A stretch of 64,000 bases of DNA from Polyangiaceae bacterium (GCA_050287085.1 JBNKBE010000028.1:9024-73023), one strand, 5' to 3'; numbered from the stretch's first letter, positions 1-10,281 are shown. The notes: generated from the letters alone by a model not told the origin. A program made the numbers and translations.

Positions 1-838
1 AGAAGTTTCCTGGATATAGTTCAACGCTTTCTACCAGCCGAGGGTGAACAAAGCTGGTGAGCCCCCCGAAATGATACAAGAACGGTACCGCCGTTCCGTC
101 GAGAAGGGTGATGCTAGACTGCGGGCCAGCACCGCGAATGATCGGGGCGTCCCCCGTGCTCTGGCCAACGCCGGGAAGGACTTCAATGGCCCGTAGCGGG
201 TCGCCTCGCGTGCCCGGAATGCGAACAAGCTCGACGCTATCCATCACGCGCCTTGTTGGCTCGCGCCGTGGGGCCTCTACTTCCGCCGTGCCCTCGAAAA
301 TCTCGTCGGCTGGAGCGTTGGTGGTCGCTGCGGACGGCGCCTGTTCTGGAGCCTCTTCAGGAGGCGCGTAGACTTCAGGTCCTGTCTTCGTTTCGGGTCG
401 TCCTTCTATCCAATAGCGGTAGCGGACGGTTACGGAAACGGGTTTGAGTGCGCCCGTGTCGTCCTGCGTCTGGGCGGGGTCGAAGGTGAAGAGCCTGGCC
501 GCTTCCGCCGCTGCTGCGTCCAGAGCGCTCTCTGTTCCTCCAACGACGCGCACGTTTGACACATGACCGTCGCTCGAGATCGTCAGCTCTAGCTCGACGG
601 CGGTATCGCTTTGTGGGCGGTCACTTTCGGCGATTTCCGCTTCATGGAAGACCAGGAGCTTTGGCGGAAGCAACCTATTGGCACCCTGTTTCGGCTGTGG
701 CTCGGCTGAGGAAGACGCGGTTTGAGCATCACCCGTGGGTGCTGCCGTGGCCGGTCGAGAGTGCAGGGATGCGGCGACCACCAATGGCGCAACACTGAGA
801 TATCCGACTGATAGTCGGGCTGACGATTGGAGGGACAA
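1..838 (-). CDS. TonB-dependent receptor with N-terminal TonB C-terminal-like domain (partial, runs off the left edge; absent from the ORF track)
   Basis: Manual translation from TTG 838 (GGAG upstream): signal-like N-terminus, LPPKLL...VELELTISSDGHVSNVRVV...ALDAAAAEAARLFTFDPA (TonB_C-like), then plug-domain motifs RIPGTRGDPLRAIEVLPGV...PIIRGAG...LDGTAVPFLYHFGGLTSFVHPRLVESVELYPGNF typical of myxobacterial TBDRs. Confidence 0.85.
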   Translation of the reverse strand, partial: MSLQSSARLSVGYLSVAPLVVAASLHSRPATAAPTGDAQTASSSAEPQPKQGANRLLPPKLLVFHEAEIAESDRPQSDTAVELELTISSDGHVSNVRVVGGTESALDAAAAEAARLFTFDPAQTQDDTGALKPVSVTVRYRYWIEGRPETKTGPEVYAPPEEAPEQAPSAATTNAPADEIFEGTAEVEAPRREPTRRVMDSVELVRIPGTRGDPLRAIEVLPGVGQSTGDAPIIRGAGPQSSITLLDGTAVPFLYHFGGLTSFVHPRLVESVELYPGNF

Positions 839-1118
839 AGGCGTGACTCCTTGTGCGAGTGCGTTCACGTTCGCCGGCTGCGCTGACTGCAGCTCGCAAC
901 AAAACGACTTCCTGGCGTTGCGCCGTGAGATCCGCCTTTGAAGCGGGACTCGTTCGGCGCAGCTCTTAGGCGCGACGACTCGTGTTGGGGTTTACGGCCA
1001 TGGGTGCCCAGCTGCGGCAGAAGCGTTCATCACTTTGCGCAAAGCCCCCGACTTTCCTTCGGTCGCGCGGTCAGTTGAACAAGGTTTCCACGCGTTGCAC
1101 GTTTAGCGCCGTCAAATG

Positions 1119-1158
1119 CACAAAGGGCCACGTCGAGTTTTCGACGTGGCCCTTTGTG
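1119..1158 (-). terminator. Intrinsic terminator-like hairpin downstream of the porin gene
   Basis: Perfect 18-bp inverted repeat CACAAAGGGCCACGTCGA-GTTT-TCGACGTGGCCCTTTGTG. Confidence 0.7.
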
Positions 1159-1230
1159 TCCGCGAGTGGCGGAGTGGGCGGACTTCCTCTTGCGGCTTGC
1201 GGAGTGCTAGAGGACTACCAGAGGCAAAGT

Positions 1231-2625
1231 CTAGAGCTGCAACTGCGCTCCAATTTGCAGCATGTCTTCCGCATCTCCGTCGCCACCGGGGTCGGCGTGT
1301 CGGAAATTGAAAAACCAACGATTCTTGTATCCGTCGACGATGTAGCCAAGTCCGGCGTCGATGACAGTGGGGCCGCCGTCAGCCACCTTCTGCAGCGTGA
1401 GATTGGGCTGCAGTTGGCCGACGCCTACCTTGTCTTCGAAGAGCCAACTGGCACCCGCCAAGAAGCTCGAGTCACCGACCGAGGCCGCGCCGGTTCCGGT
1501 TTGGGTTGTACCTTGGTTCGGCATGTAGTTGGCTCCGGTCTTCTTGAAGTTCCAATAGCCACCGTTCAGCGTGAGTACGCCGGCGTCGGAAAGCACCTTC
1601 TCGAAGAAGATATCAGCCGCGAACGCCAGTAGGTCGTTGTCCAGGTCGCTGCCATCAACCGCGTCAACGCCCTTCTGATAGTGGACGACGCCGCCGATGG
1701 CGAGGGTGTCTTGGGAGCCGTAGTAAGAGCCCGACGCGTAGTAGTAGTTCTCCGGATCCAAGAGGTTGATGGTGGCGCGGGCCGCGATACGAGCGTTGCC
1801 TAGGCCAGCGGCAGAGGCGTCGCCGTCGGCGTCACCGGCGGCGGCGCCCGGTACAAGGTCGACCACCGACAGGTGGTACTTCAAGATGCCATCCGCCACG
1901 AGACCCCAGAAGGTGACACCTCGGTCGCGGGCTGCGATGTCGAAGGGCAGGGTCTGAACGACGATCGGTAGATTCCAGCTGTTGTTGTAGAACGGGCCGT
2001 TGAGGTTGCTTCGCTCCATGGCCGGAATGTGTTGTCCGAACCAGATCTGGAACTCGTCGGCAATCTTGAGCTGAATGATCGCGTCCAGAATGCCGACACT
2101 GCTTTCCGTTGTTTCCAGGTTGAAGGCGAACCCCAGCTTCTCGGTGAGCGAGCCGCTGAAGCCTGGGCGGACGTTGAGCTGATGGGCCACTCCATCGTGC
2201 ATTGTGAGGGCTGCGCCGTCCGAAGTCGGCGAATTGAAGGATAGTGATACGCCGGTGCGCAGTCCCACGCCAATCTTGAGCGGCGATGGAAAGCTCGGCG
2301 TCGGGCCCGGATCGACGGCATCCGCTTCCGGCGCAGTCTCTTCGGGCATGGGCTCGGCGGCCACGGGTGCCGGCGCCATCTCGGCGACAGGTTCTGGCGC
2401 GGGAGCTACAATTGTAGGCACAGGCTCTGTCGCGGGCGCTACGGCTTCAGGTGCCGGAGCGGATTCGACCGCAACGGCGGCGGCGGGCGCTGGCGCTGTG
2501 ACGGACACGGATGCGCTTGCCGCGGGGGGGGCCGGCTGCGCCGCGGCGTGGTTCGCAACGAGCACGGCCGCTAGCGATGTTAGCCCTAGGCCGGCAATGG
2601 TTCTGGCATGTCGAGTCTGATTCAC
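1231..2625 (-). CDS. Outer-membrane porin, FmdC-like (short-chain amide/urea porin; OprO/OprP-like barrel)
   Basis: GTG 2625 with AAGGAG SD, signal peptide (AHAAA-type cleavage), Pro/Ala linker, then LDAIIQLKIADEFQIWFGQ..ERSNLNGPFYNNSW..ARDRGVTFWG..YYASGSYYGSQDTLAIG, C-terminal amphipathic strand LQIGAQLQL; divergent from urtA. Confidence 0.7.
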   Translation of the reverse strand: MNQTRHARTIAGLGLTSLAAVLVANHAAAQPAPPAASASVSVTAPAPAAAVAVESAPAPEAVAPATEPVPTIVAPAPEPVAEMAPAPVAAEPMPEETAPEADAVDPGPTPSFPSPLKIGVGLRTGVSLSFNSPTSDGAALTMHDGVAHQLNVRPGFSGSLTEKLGFAFNLETTESSVGILDAIIQLKIADEFQIWFGQHIPAMERSNLNGPFYNNSWNLPIVVQTLPFDIAARDRGVTFWGLVADGILKYHLSVVDLVPGAAAGDADGDASAAGLGNARIAARATINLLDPENYYYASGSYYGSQDTLAIGGVVHYQKGVDAVDGSDLDNDLLAFAADIFFEKVLSDAGVLTLNGGYWNFKKTGANYMPNQGTTQTGTGAASVGDSSFLAGASWLFEDKVGVGQLQPNLTLQKVADGGPTVIDAGLGYIVDGYKNRWFFNFRHADPGGDGDAEDMLQIGAQLQL

Positions 2626-3228
2626 GCTCGAGTTCTCCTTTGGTCTCACGAAATGGGTCTCACGAAGTCAGGTTAAGTAAGTTAAAGGTTAAGTCGGCGG
2701 CGTTAAGGCCTGCGATAGTCAGCGCGCCACCGGTATCGGGGAGACCGGCACGCTGCGCTTGGAAGTGTTTTATGGTTGTTTCGGCGGCGCTTCTGTACCG
2801 TTCAGCGCAAGCAGGCGAGACAAGCCCGCGACATTCAACTCCAGCTGCACGCAGCGGCTTGGGGTGGCGTTGGCCTACCGATGCGCAAGATCTATACAGT
2901 CGCGAGAGCACGGGTGAGCTGTTGCGGGTGGAGGCTTACCCTGTAAGCCGACGCGCCGGTTGGGCTAGCAAGCGACGAAGGGTGGGTTTATCGCAACAAC
3001 ACTGAGTTGACACATTGCGGAAACCCGGGGTCCTCAACGTTACGGGCGTCGCTGAGGCAAGTGAGCTCGGGTTCGTGATGAGCATCCCGAAACGCCGCAC
3101 TTGGTTCAGTTGAGCCGTTCCGCTCGGATCCTTCGAATGTCGTCCCGGTGGCGAATAGCTCAAATGCATCAAGTCCTGCGAACGGGACAAATCCGACCTC
3201 TGACGCAAATCGAACATAGGAGAGACAG

Positions 3229-4623
3229 ATGAAGGCTTGGACGAAAGTAGGATTCTTGGGGCTCGCGGGAGCGTTGATGTGGGGCTGTCAGGGACCTGCG
3301 GGCAAGACCGACGAGAAGGCGGAGACTGCAACGACGTCAACGGATAAGTCAAGTGCGGCCACCAAAGCGATGGACGCCCCCGCTCCAAAGGCCAAGGCGA
3401 GCTCCACGGGGCCCATCAAAGTCGGCATCTTGCATTCCCTTTCGGGCACCATGGCCATCAGCGAGACCTCGCTGAAGGATGTTGCGTTGATGACCATCGA
3501 GGAGATCAACGCGGCGGGTGGCGTTCTCGGGCGCAAGCTGGAACCGGTGGTTGTGGACCCCGCGTCCGATTGGCCCCTATTTGCCGAGAAGGCCCGCGAG
3601 CTGCTCCAGAAGGAAGGGGTGGCTGTTACTTTCGGCTGTTGGACCTCCGTGTCGCGGAAGAGCGTTCTGCCAGTGTTCGAGGAGCTGAATGGACTGCTCT
3701 TCTACCCGGTGCAGTACGAGGGTGAAGAGTCGTCGTACAATGTCTTCTATACCGGCGCAGCGCCCAATCAGCAGGCGATTCCGGCGGTCGAGTATCTGAT
3801 GAGTGCCGAGGGCGGCGGCGCAAAGAAGTGGGTACTGCTTGGGACGGATTATGTGTACCCACGCACCACGAATAAGATCCTCCGAGCGTTTCTCACAGCC
3901 AAGGGCGTGCCGGAAGCCAACATCATGGAGGAGTACACGCCTTTTGGGCACAGCGACTACCAAACCATTGTCGCAAACGTGAAGAAGTTCGCTGCAGGGA
4001 CTCCAACGGCAGTGGTGAGCACCATCAATGGCGACTCGAACGTGCCTTTCTACAAGGAGCTCGCAAACCAGGGGCTGAAGGCGACGGATGTACCTGTGGT
4101 TGCCTTCTCCGTGGGTGAGGAAGAACTCCGCGGCATCGATACCAAGCCTCTCGTGGGTCACCTTGCGGCCTGGAACTATTTCGAGTCCATCGACAATCCC
4201 ACAAACAAGAAGTTCATCGATGCATGGCTCGGCTATGCCAAGGCAAAGGGACTACCCGATGCGGAGAAGCGTGTGACCAATGACCCGATGGAGGCAACCT
4301 ACATCGGCATAAAAATGTGGGCACAGGCAGCCGAGCAGGCCGGCACGGTTGACGTAGATGCTGTGCGACAGGCGGTAGCTGGACAGAAGTTTGCAGCACC
4401 GTCGGGCTTCGAGATCCAGATGGATGAGAAAAACCATCACCTTCACAAGCCCGTCTACATTGGTGAGATCCGAGCCGATGGACAATTCGAAGTAGTGTGG
4501 AAGACGCCGGGCCCGATCCGGGCTGAGCCTTGGAGCAAATACGTTCCCGACAGCGCCAACAAGGTGGCTGACTGGACCTATCCGTGGGTTTGCGGCAACT
4601 GCTCGGAGCCCAAGTTCAAGTAG
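3229..4623 (+). CDS. urtA: Urea ABC transporter substrate-binding lipoprotein
   Basis: Lipobox LMWGC; IKVGILHSLSGTMAISE, FGCWTSVSRKSVLPVFE, YPVQYEGEE, GAAPNQQAIPAVEYL, GTDYVYPRTTNKI; AGGAG SD. Confidence 0.96.
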   Translation: MKAWTKVGFLGLAGALMWGCQGPAGKTDEKAETATTSTDKSSAATKAMDAPAPKAKASSTGPIKVGILHSLSGTMAISETSLKDVALMTIEEINAAGGVLGRKLEPVVVDPASDWPLFAEKARELLQKEGVAVTFGCWTSVSRKSVLPVFEELNGLLFYPVQYEGEESSYNVFYTGAAPNQQAIPAVEYLMSAEGGGAKKWVLLGTDYVYPRTTNKILRAFLTAKGVPEANIMEEYTPFGHSDYQTIVANVKKFAAGTPTAVVSTINGDSNVPFYKELANQGLKATDVPVVAFSVGEEELRGIDTKPLVGHLAAWNYFESIDNPTNKKFIDAWLGYAKAKGLPDAEKRVTNDPMEATYIGIKMWAQAAEQAGTVDVDAVRQAVAGQKFAAPSGFEIQMDEKNHHLHKPVYIGEIRADGQFEVVWKTPGPIRAEPWSKYVPDSANKVADWTYPWVCGNCSEPKFK

Positions 4624-4935
4624 AGGGCTGCTCGCTACGAGCTGAAGTTGCTTCGTAGCAGTAGCTCGACCAGCAGTTAGGGCCCGGGAACGGGGAAGTC
4701 ATACTACGCCGGCCAAGCCGGGCTCGCGACCGACTTCCCCATCCGCGGGCCCCCAAGCGGACGCTTCAGCAGTGAGGCGTTCGCAGTTCTGGGGCGCCGC
4801 TCCTCTCATTTCAGGAGGGAGCGGCCATGGTCTAGCTTGCCGGCAACGGGGCCCTGTGGGTCGAGCTTGTGACCTCGGCGGGCCAGCCGCTGCGTGGGTA
4901 CGAATCCAGACATCGCAAATCGACGCTGAGAAACG

Positions 4936-6633
4936 ATGACTACCAGATTATTTCCGTACGTGACCTTGGGTGTACAGAGGCGTATGAGGCGTCTGCCATC
5001 CGCTATTACGATTCAGAGTTGGTTCGAGAAAGGGCAGTGGGCTACTCGTCTGCTGGCGACGGCGTTGGTTCTACTTATGGCCGCGCCGGCAAGTGCAGGG
5101 GTGGGCGAGGAGGCGGCAAAGCTCCTGGCGTCGGATTCCTTGGACGAAACCCGGCGCGGCATCGAGATACTCGCTGGCTCGGGGCATCCGCGGGCTCTGA
5201 CCGTGCTCGAGGGGTTGGAAGCGGGGGTCGTGGGCCTGGACGCAAACCGCCAGCTCGTTGTTCACAGCGAGGCAGGCAACGTGTTCGCTCTGACGGGAGA
5301 GCCGGCCCCGGGCAGCTTTGAGAAGCTGCGTCTAAACAACGTGGTGCGGCGTACCCTGAGCGCCACCTTGGCTGCCATGCGGCTGAGTTCTGACGAGCTC
5401 GCCGTGCGCCGTGTGGCGGTTGAGGCCGTGGCCAAGCGTCCTGAGCCCGAGCTCTATCAACAACTCACCGCTGCCTTGAAGAAGGAAACGGACGATGACT
5501 TGCGCAGCCTACTGCGACTTGCAGTAGCTCAACTCGACATTGCTGGCCCGGAGCGCAATAAGCAGCTCGCCGCGATTGCGGTTCTAGAGGAGAGCGGTTC
5601 GGTGGAGCACAAGCCCCTGCTCCAGCCCTTCGTCACGCGGGATAAGAGTGGCAGCTACGTTGAGTCCGACAAGGACTTGCGGCACGCCGCACGCGGCGCA
5701 TTGGGCAGTATCGAGCGACGCGCCACGCTGATGAGCGCAGTTGCTAATCTCTTTTTCGGCTTGAGTCTGGGTAGCGTTCTGTTGCTTGCCGCGCTGGGCC
5801 TCGCCATCACCTTCGGGTTGATGAAGGTCATCAATATGGCTCACGGCGAGATGATCATGTTGGGCGCCTATACCACCTTTGTGGTTCAGCAGGCTCTTGC
5901 GGCATGGATGCCAGCTCAGATGGAACTCTATTTGGTGGTTGCTGTCCCCCTGGCTTTCTTCGCGTCGGGTGCGGTCGGCTTCCTGCTGGAGCGCCTTGTC
6001 GTTCGACACCTCTACGGGCGCCCGCTCGAGACCCTGCTGGCGACCTGGGGCGCGAGCCTCATATTGATACAATTGATTCGCGCCAAGTTTGGTGCGGCGA
6101 ATGTCACCGTGGCCAATCCTGAATGGCTCTCTGGAGGGCTTGAGCTGCTGCCTTCGGTCGTGCTGCCTTACAGCCGCATCGCCATCATCGCTTTCACCGT
6201 GGTGGTCGTCTACTTCGTTTGGTTCATGTTGCGCAGAACCAATCTCGGGCTCTACGTTCGAGCTGTCACCCAGAACCGGGACATGGCGGCCAACGTTGGT
6301 ATTCCGACGCAGAAGATTGATACTTGGACGTTTGCGTTGGGATGTGGCGTCGCTGGTTTGGGCGGGGTGGCCCTGTCTCAACTAGGCAACGTGGGGCCGG
6401 AGCTCGGGCAAGGCTATATCGTCGACTCGTTCATGGTGGTTGTGCTCGGGGGCGTTGGAAACATCTTTGGGACCATCCTTGGCGCACTCGGTCTAGGGCT
6501 GATAAACAAATTCCTGGAACCGATTGCCGGCGCCGTGCTCGGAAAGATCTTCGTTCTGGTCATGATCATTCTGTTCATTCAAAAGCGACCTCAAGGCATC
6601 TTTGCCCTGAAGGGACGCGCCGCGGAGCTGTAG
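4936..6633 (+). CDS. urtB: Urea ABC transporter permease with N-terminal periplasmic HEAT-like domain
   Basis: GLSLGSVLLLAALGLAITFGLMKVINMAHGE, LYGRPLETLLATWG, QKRPQGIFALKGR; start codon uncertain. Confidence 0.93.
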   Translation: MTTRLFPYVTLGVQRRMRRLPSAITIQSWFEKGQWATRLLATALVLLMAAPASAGVGEEAAKLLASDSLDETRRGIEILAGSGHPRALTVLEGLEAGVVGLDANRQLVVHSEAGNVFALTGEPAPGSFEKLRLNNVVRRTLSATLAAMRLSSDELAVRRVAVEAVAKRPEPELYQQLTAALKKETDDDLRSLLRLAVAQLDIAGPERNKQLAAIAVLEESGSVEHKPLLQPFVTRDKSGSYVESDKDLRHAARGALGSIERRATLMSAVANLFFGLSLGSVLLLAALGLAITFGLMKVINMAHGEMIMLGAYTTFVVQQALAAWMPAQMELYLVVAVPLAFFASGAVGFLLERLVVRHLYGRPLETLLATWGASLILIQLIRAKFGAANVTVANPEWLSGGLELLPSVVLPYSRIAIIAFTVVVVYFVWFMLRRTNLGLYVRAVTQNRDMAANVGIPTQKIDTWTFALGCGVAGLGGVALSQLGNVGPELGQGYIVDSFMVVVLGGVGNIFGTILGALGLGLINKFLEPIAGAVLGKIFVLVMIILFIQKRPQGIFALKGRAAEL

Positions 6634-6635
6634 CC

Positions 6636-7757
6636 ATGAGCCGTCTAATTCAACACTTGAGGCAGGTGCATTCGGGCCGCGGCTGGATCATCGTTGCAGT
6701 CGCGGCGACCGTGATGTGCGTCGTGATTCCGCTGCTAAACAGCGCGCTTCCCTCAACGTCACTGCTCTACGTTCCGGACTATGTGGTCACCATGTTTGGC
6801 AAGTTCATGTGCTACGCTGTTGTAGCTCTTGCCATCGACCTGATCTGGGGGTTCACAGGCATTCTCAGCCTGGGGCACGGCGTATTCTTCGCCTTAGGGG
6901 GCTACGCCATCGGCATGCACATGATGCGCGTGATGGCTGGAGAAGGGGTCTACAAGAGCGAGCTACCGGACTTTATGGTCTTTCTTGATTGGAAGGAGTT
7001 ACCTTGGTTCTGGTACGGTTTTGACAACTTCTTCTTTGCGTTGGCGATGGCGCTGGTCGTTCCAGGCGTGTTGGCGTTCATATTCGGGTTCTTGGCGTTC
7101 CGCTCGCGAATCGGGGGAGTCTATTTTTCGATTATCACCCAGGCGCTGACCTTTGCGTTCATGTTGTGGTTCTTTCGAAACGAAACCGGTTTCGGGGGCA
7201 ACAACGGTTTGACCGACTTCAAACGCATCTATGGCTACTCGCTTTCGGAGCCGGCTACAAAGCTCGGGTTGTACACGTTGTCGGCGTTGGTGTTGATCAT
7301 CACCTACCTGCTGTGCCGCTACGTGGTCTCTGGGCGTTTGGGACGAGTCCTTCGTGCGATTCGGGATCAGGAGTCCAAGGTCATGTTTACGGGCTACAAT
7401 CCTCTGAAGTACAAGCTCTTCGTTTGGACTTTGTCGGCGGTTCTCTGCGGGCTTGCGGGCGCGCTATACGTCCCCCAGGTGGGCATCATCAACCCAAGCG
7501 AGATGGAGACAGCAAATTCCATCGAGATGGCGATTTGGGTTGCAGTGGGAGGACGCGGAACGCTTCTGGGAGCGCCCGTTGGGGCGCTGGTCATCAATCT
7601 TGCCAAGAGCGTGTTCACGGGGTCGTTTCCGGACTATTGGCTGTACTTTCTCGGGGCCGCATTCGTGTGCGTGACGCTATTTTTCCCGCAGGGTCTGATT
7701 GGACTGGTAGCGAGTTTGCGAGCCGCCACTAGGCGCCGCACGGGAGAAAAGGCATGA
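6636..7757 (+). CDS. urtC: Urea ABC transporter permease
   Basis: GKFMCYAVVALAIDLIWGFTGILSLGHGVFFALGGY, GVYFSIITQA, GFGGNNGLTDFK, YVPQVGIINP; ATG 6636 immediately after the urtB stop. Confidence 0.95.
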   Translation: MSRLIQHLRQVHSGRGWIIVAVAATVMCVVIPLLNSALPSTSLLYVPDYVVTMFGKFMCYAVVALAIDLIWGFTGILSLGHGVFFALGGYAIGMHMMRVMAGEGVYKSELPDFMVFLDWKELPWFWYGFDNFFFALAMALVVPGVLAFIFGFLAFRSRIGGVYFSIITQALTFAFMLWFFRNETGFGGNNGLTDFKRIYGYSLSEPATKLGLYTLSALVLIITYLLCRYVVSGRLGRVLRAIRDQESKVMFTGYNPLKYKLFVWTLSAVLCGLAGALYVPQVGIINPSEMETANSIEMAIWVAVGGRGTLLGAPVGALVINLAKSVFTGSFPDYWLYFLGAAFVCVTLFFPQGLIGLVASLRAATRRRTGEKA

Positions 7758-8689
7758 ATTCTACCCCGCGGCAGAAGGCGGACAGCGGCACTCCTGCGTC
7801 ACGTCCAAGTGAGGCGCGACAGTCCAACGGACGCCGGTCTTCTTCGCCACTCCGGCGCGTGCTCGGCAAGGACCGTCCCAAGCGCGGAGCCTCCAAGTTG
7901 GTGGCTGAGGAGCGCTACAATGAAGTGGTCGAGCAGCGCTCGCGTGCGCTCTTGGTCGTCGACAATGTGAGCGTTTCGTTCGATGGCTTTCGGGCTCTCA
8001 ACAACCTCACGCTGATTCTCGACGAAGGCGAGCTGCGTTGCCTCATTGGGCCCAATGGCGCAGGAAAGACAACGCTCCAGGATGTCATCACCGGCAAGAC
8101 CCGACCGGACGAAGGTCAGGTATTCCTCATCGGCGAGGAGCGAGACCGTCGCGACCTGACTCAGATGTCAGAGTACGAGGTTGCCGGCCTCGGCATCGGC
8201 CGCAAGTTTCAGCGCCCAACGGTCTTTCATGGCCACACTGTCTTCGAGAATATGGAACTTGCGCTGGCTGACGATCGCGGTTTGTGGCGCACGCTCTTCT
8301 CGCCGATCACAAAGGGGATGAGGGAGAAGATTGAGGAGACGTTGGAGCTTGTCGGACTTGCGGAGCGCAGTCAGGCAGCGGCAGGGCTGTTGTCTCACGG
8401 TCAGAAGCAATGGCTCGAGATTGGAATGTTGTTGGTTCAGAACCCACGAGTGTTGCTTGTGGATGAACCAGTCGCTGGCATGACGCACCAAGAGGTAGAA
8501 CGCACCGCGGAGTTGCTCAAGGGGCTTGCGGGGGCTCATACGGTAGTTGTGGTGGAGCACGATATGGACTTCGTTCGCAGCATTGCGCAGACGGTAACCG
8601 TGCTGCACGAAGGCAGCATACTCGCAGAGGGAAGCATGGCCGATGTTCAGGCCGACCCCGCTGTGATTCAAGTCTACTTGGGGGAATGA
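7754..8689 (+). CDS. urtD: Urea ABC transporter ATP-binding protein
   Basis: VSVSFDGFRALNNL, Walker A GPNGAGKTT, GIGRKFQRPTVF, LSHGQKQWLEIGMLL, DEPVAGMT; ATGA overlap with urtC. Confidence 0.95.
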   Translation: MNSTPRQKADSGTPASRPSEARQSNGRRSSSPLRRVLGKDRPKRGASKLVAEERYNEVVEQRSRALLVVDNVSVSFDGFRALNNLTLILDEGELRCLIGPNGAGKTTLQDVITGKTRPDEGQVFLIGEERDRRDLTQMSEYEVAGLGIGRKFQRPTVFHGHTVFENMELALADDRGLWRTLFSPITKGMREKIEETLELVGLAERSQAAAGLLSHGQKQWLEIGMLLVQNPRVLLVDEPVAGMTHQEVERTAELLKGLAGAHTVVVVEHDMDFVRSIAQTVTVLHEGSILAEGSMADVQADPAVIQVYLGE

Positions 8690-9399
8690 GAACGATGGCG
8701 GACTCCCTGCTAAAGATTGAAGGACTCAACCAGTACTATGGCGACAGCCATACCTTGTGGGACGTGGAACTCTCGGTGGAAGAAGGCACGACCGTGTGCG
8801 TCATGGGCCGCAATGGGGTCGGCAAGACGACGTTGCTCAAGACGCTGATGGGGGGAGTGAAGGCGCGCTCGGGCTCAGTTCGCTTTGCCGGCACCGAGTT
8901 GCTACAGCTGCCGCAATGGTCGCGCGCGAGCTTGGGGATCGGCCTGGTACCTCAGGGCCGTGAGATCTTTGGTCAATTGACCGTTGAGGAAAACCTCCTG
9001 CTTGGGCTTGCGGGGCGTCGCGGTGCAAGACACGAGGTGCCGAAGAAGATCTTCGACTTGTTCCCAGTACTCGCTGACATGTTGCATCGGCGCGGCGGTG
9101 ATCTTTCGGGAGGACAGCAGCAACAGCTCGCCATCGGACGGGCACTGATGAACGAGCCCAAGCTACTCATTCTCGACGAACCGACGGAAGGTATTCAGCC
9201 GAATATCGTGCGTCAAATTGGCGACGTGCTGCTCAAGCTCAACGAAGAGGGCCTGACAATCCTACTTGTCGAGCAGAAGCTGCCCTTTGCACGACGTGTG
9301 GGCAAACACTACGCAATCCTAGATAGGGGTAGGACCGCCGCTAGCGGTGAGATGGCCGACCTGAACCAGGAGATAATCAGCCAGTACTTGGTGGTGTGA
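8686..9399 (+). CDS. urtE: Urea ABC transporter ATP-binding protein
   Basis: LNQYYGDSHTL, GRNGVGKTT, PQGREIF, RRGGDLSGGQQQQLAIGRAL, LDEPTEGIQPNI. Confidence 0.95.
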   Translation: MRTMADSLLKIEGLNQYYGDSHTLWDVELSVEEGTTVCVMGRNGVGKTTLLKTLMGGVKARSGSVRFAGTELLQLPQWSRASLGIGLVPQGREIFGQLTVEENLLLGLAGRRGARHEVPKKIFDLFPVLADMLHRRGGDLSGGQQQQLAIGRALMNEPKLLILDEPTEGIQPNIVRQIGDVLLKLNEEGLTILLVEQKLPFARRVGKHYAILDRGRTAASGEMADLNQEIISQYLVV

Positions 9400-9432
9400 T
9401 CTTCACGGTTGTGGTCTATCTGAGGGTGGAGC

Positions 9433-10281
9433 GTGTTCGTGCAACAGTCGGCGGAGAGTTGGGTCGGTACGCTGAATCTCAGATTCGTCGACGGCGGCGG
9501 ACAGACTTTGTTGTCGCACGTTGAGCACCGTGGCCCGTTGCGCGTACAGCGGCCCTTCTATGACGCAAATGGCTGTTGTCATGTCTACGTGCTCAATCCG
9601 CCGGGGGGGACCGTCGGCGGAGACGAGCTGAGCGTCACCGCGGAAGTGGGGACGGATGCCAGGGCCCTGCTCACAACCCCAGGGGCGTCAAAGTTTTACC
9701 GCAGCGACGGTCGTCTGGGCATTGTTCGGCAGCAGTTGCAGGTGGCGTCGGGGGGTGCCTTGAGTTGGGTCCCGCAAGAGACGATCGTCTTCTCGGGGGC
9801 ACGGGCGTTGTCTCGGACACGGGTCTGTCTGGCTCGTGACGCCGTGTTCCACGGTTGGGAAATATCGGTCCTCGGACGTCCGGCGGCCGGTGAGGTCTTT
9901 TCCGCGGGCAGCTTCGAACAGCACCTCGACGTCTTCGTGGACGGAGTGCCCTTGCTGCACGAACGGAGCCGAGTCCGCGGAGGCGACGAATTGCTGGGCG
10001 CGGCGTGGGGACTTCAGGGGCTGCCTGCTTGGGGCACATTCGTGGCTTATCCCGCGGTTGATGCCGAGCTCGAAGCGCTGTGTAGCGAACTGGCAAGCGA
10101 TGGGTCGGGCTGTTTCGGGGGGACGGTGCTCTCCGTCGAAGGTGGAACGCGAGCACTTGTTGTGCGGGCCATCGCTAAGAGCCCGGTGGACATTCGCCGG
10201 GCTTTTGTTGAAGTCTGGCAGCGACTCGTCCGCACCTCACCTCGTGGGCTGGCAGAATCCCCGCGCATTTGGGCAACCTAG
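9433..10281 (+). CDS. ureD: Urease accessory protein UreD
   Basis: HRGPLRVQRPFY, HVYVLNPPGGTVGGDEL, LTTPGASKFYRS, WVPQETIVF, C-terminal PRIWAT. Confidence 0.93.
   Translation: MFVQQSAESWVGTLNLRFVDGGGQTLLSHVEHRGPLRVQRPFYDANGCCHVYVLNPPGGTVGGDELSVTAEVGTDARALLTTPGASKFYRSDGRLGIVRQQLQVASGGALSWVPQETIVFSGARALSRTRVCLARDAVFHGWEISVLGRPAAGEVFSAGSFEQHLDVFVDGVPLLHERSRVRGGDELLGAAWGLQGLPAWGTFVAYPAVDAELEALCSELASDGSGCFGGTVLSVEGGTRALVVRAIAKSPVDIRRAFVEVWQRLVRTSPRGLAESPRIWAT

Noticed and set aside
982..1632. 216-aa plus-strand ORF
   Set aside because: Antisense shadow of the porin gene with no recognisable motifs
2710..3228. Riboswitch (guanidine, nickel/cobalt or other) in the long porin-urtA intergenic region
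   Set aside because: No conserved riboswitch core recognisable by eye; an Rfam scan would be needed
4680..4830. ncRNA between urtA and urtB
   Set aside because: Two GC-rich hairpins are adequately explained as mRNA stabiliser/attenuating structures common after ABC substrate-binding genes
6324..6635. Extended N-terminus of urtC from the ORF track
   Set aside because: Overlaps urtB by over 300 bp in another frame; ATG 6636 right after the urtB stop fits UrtC length
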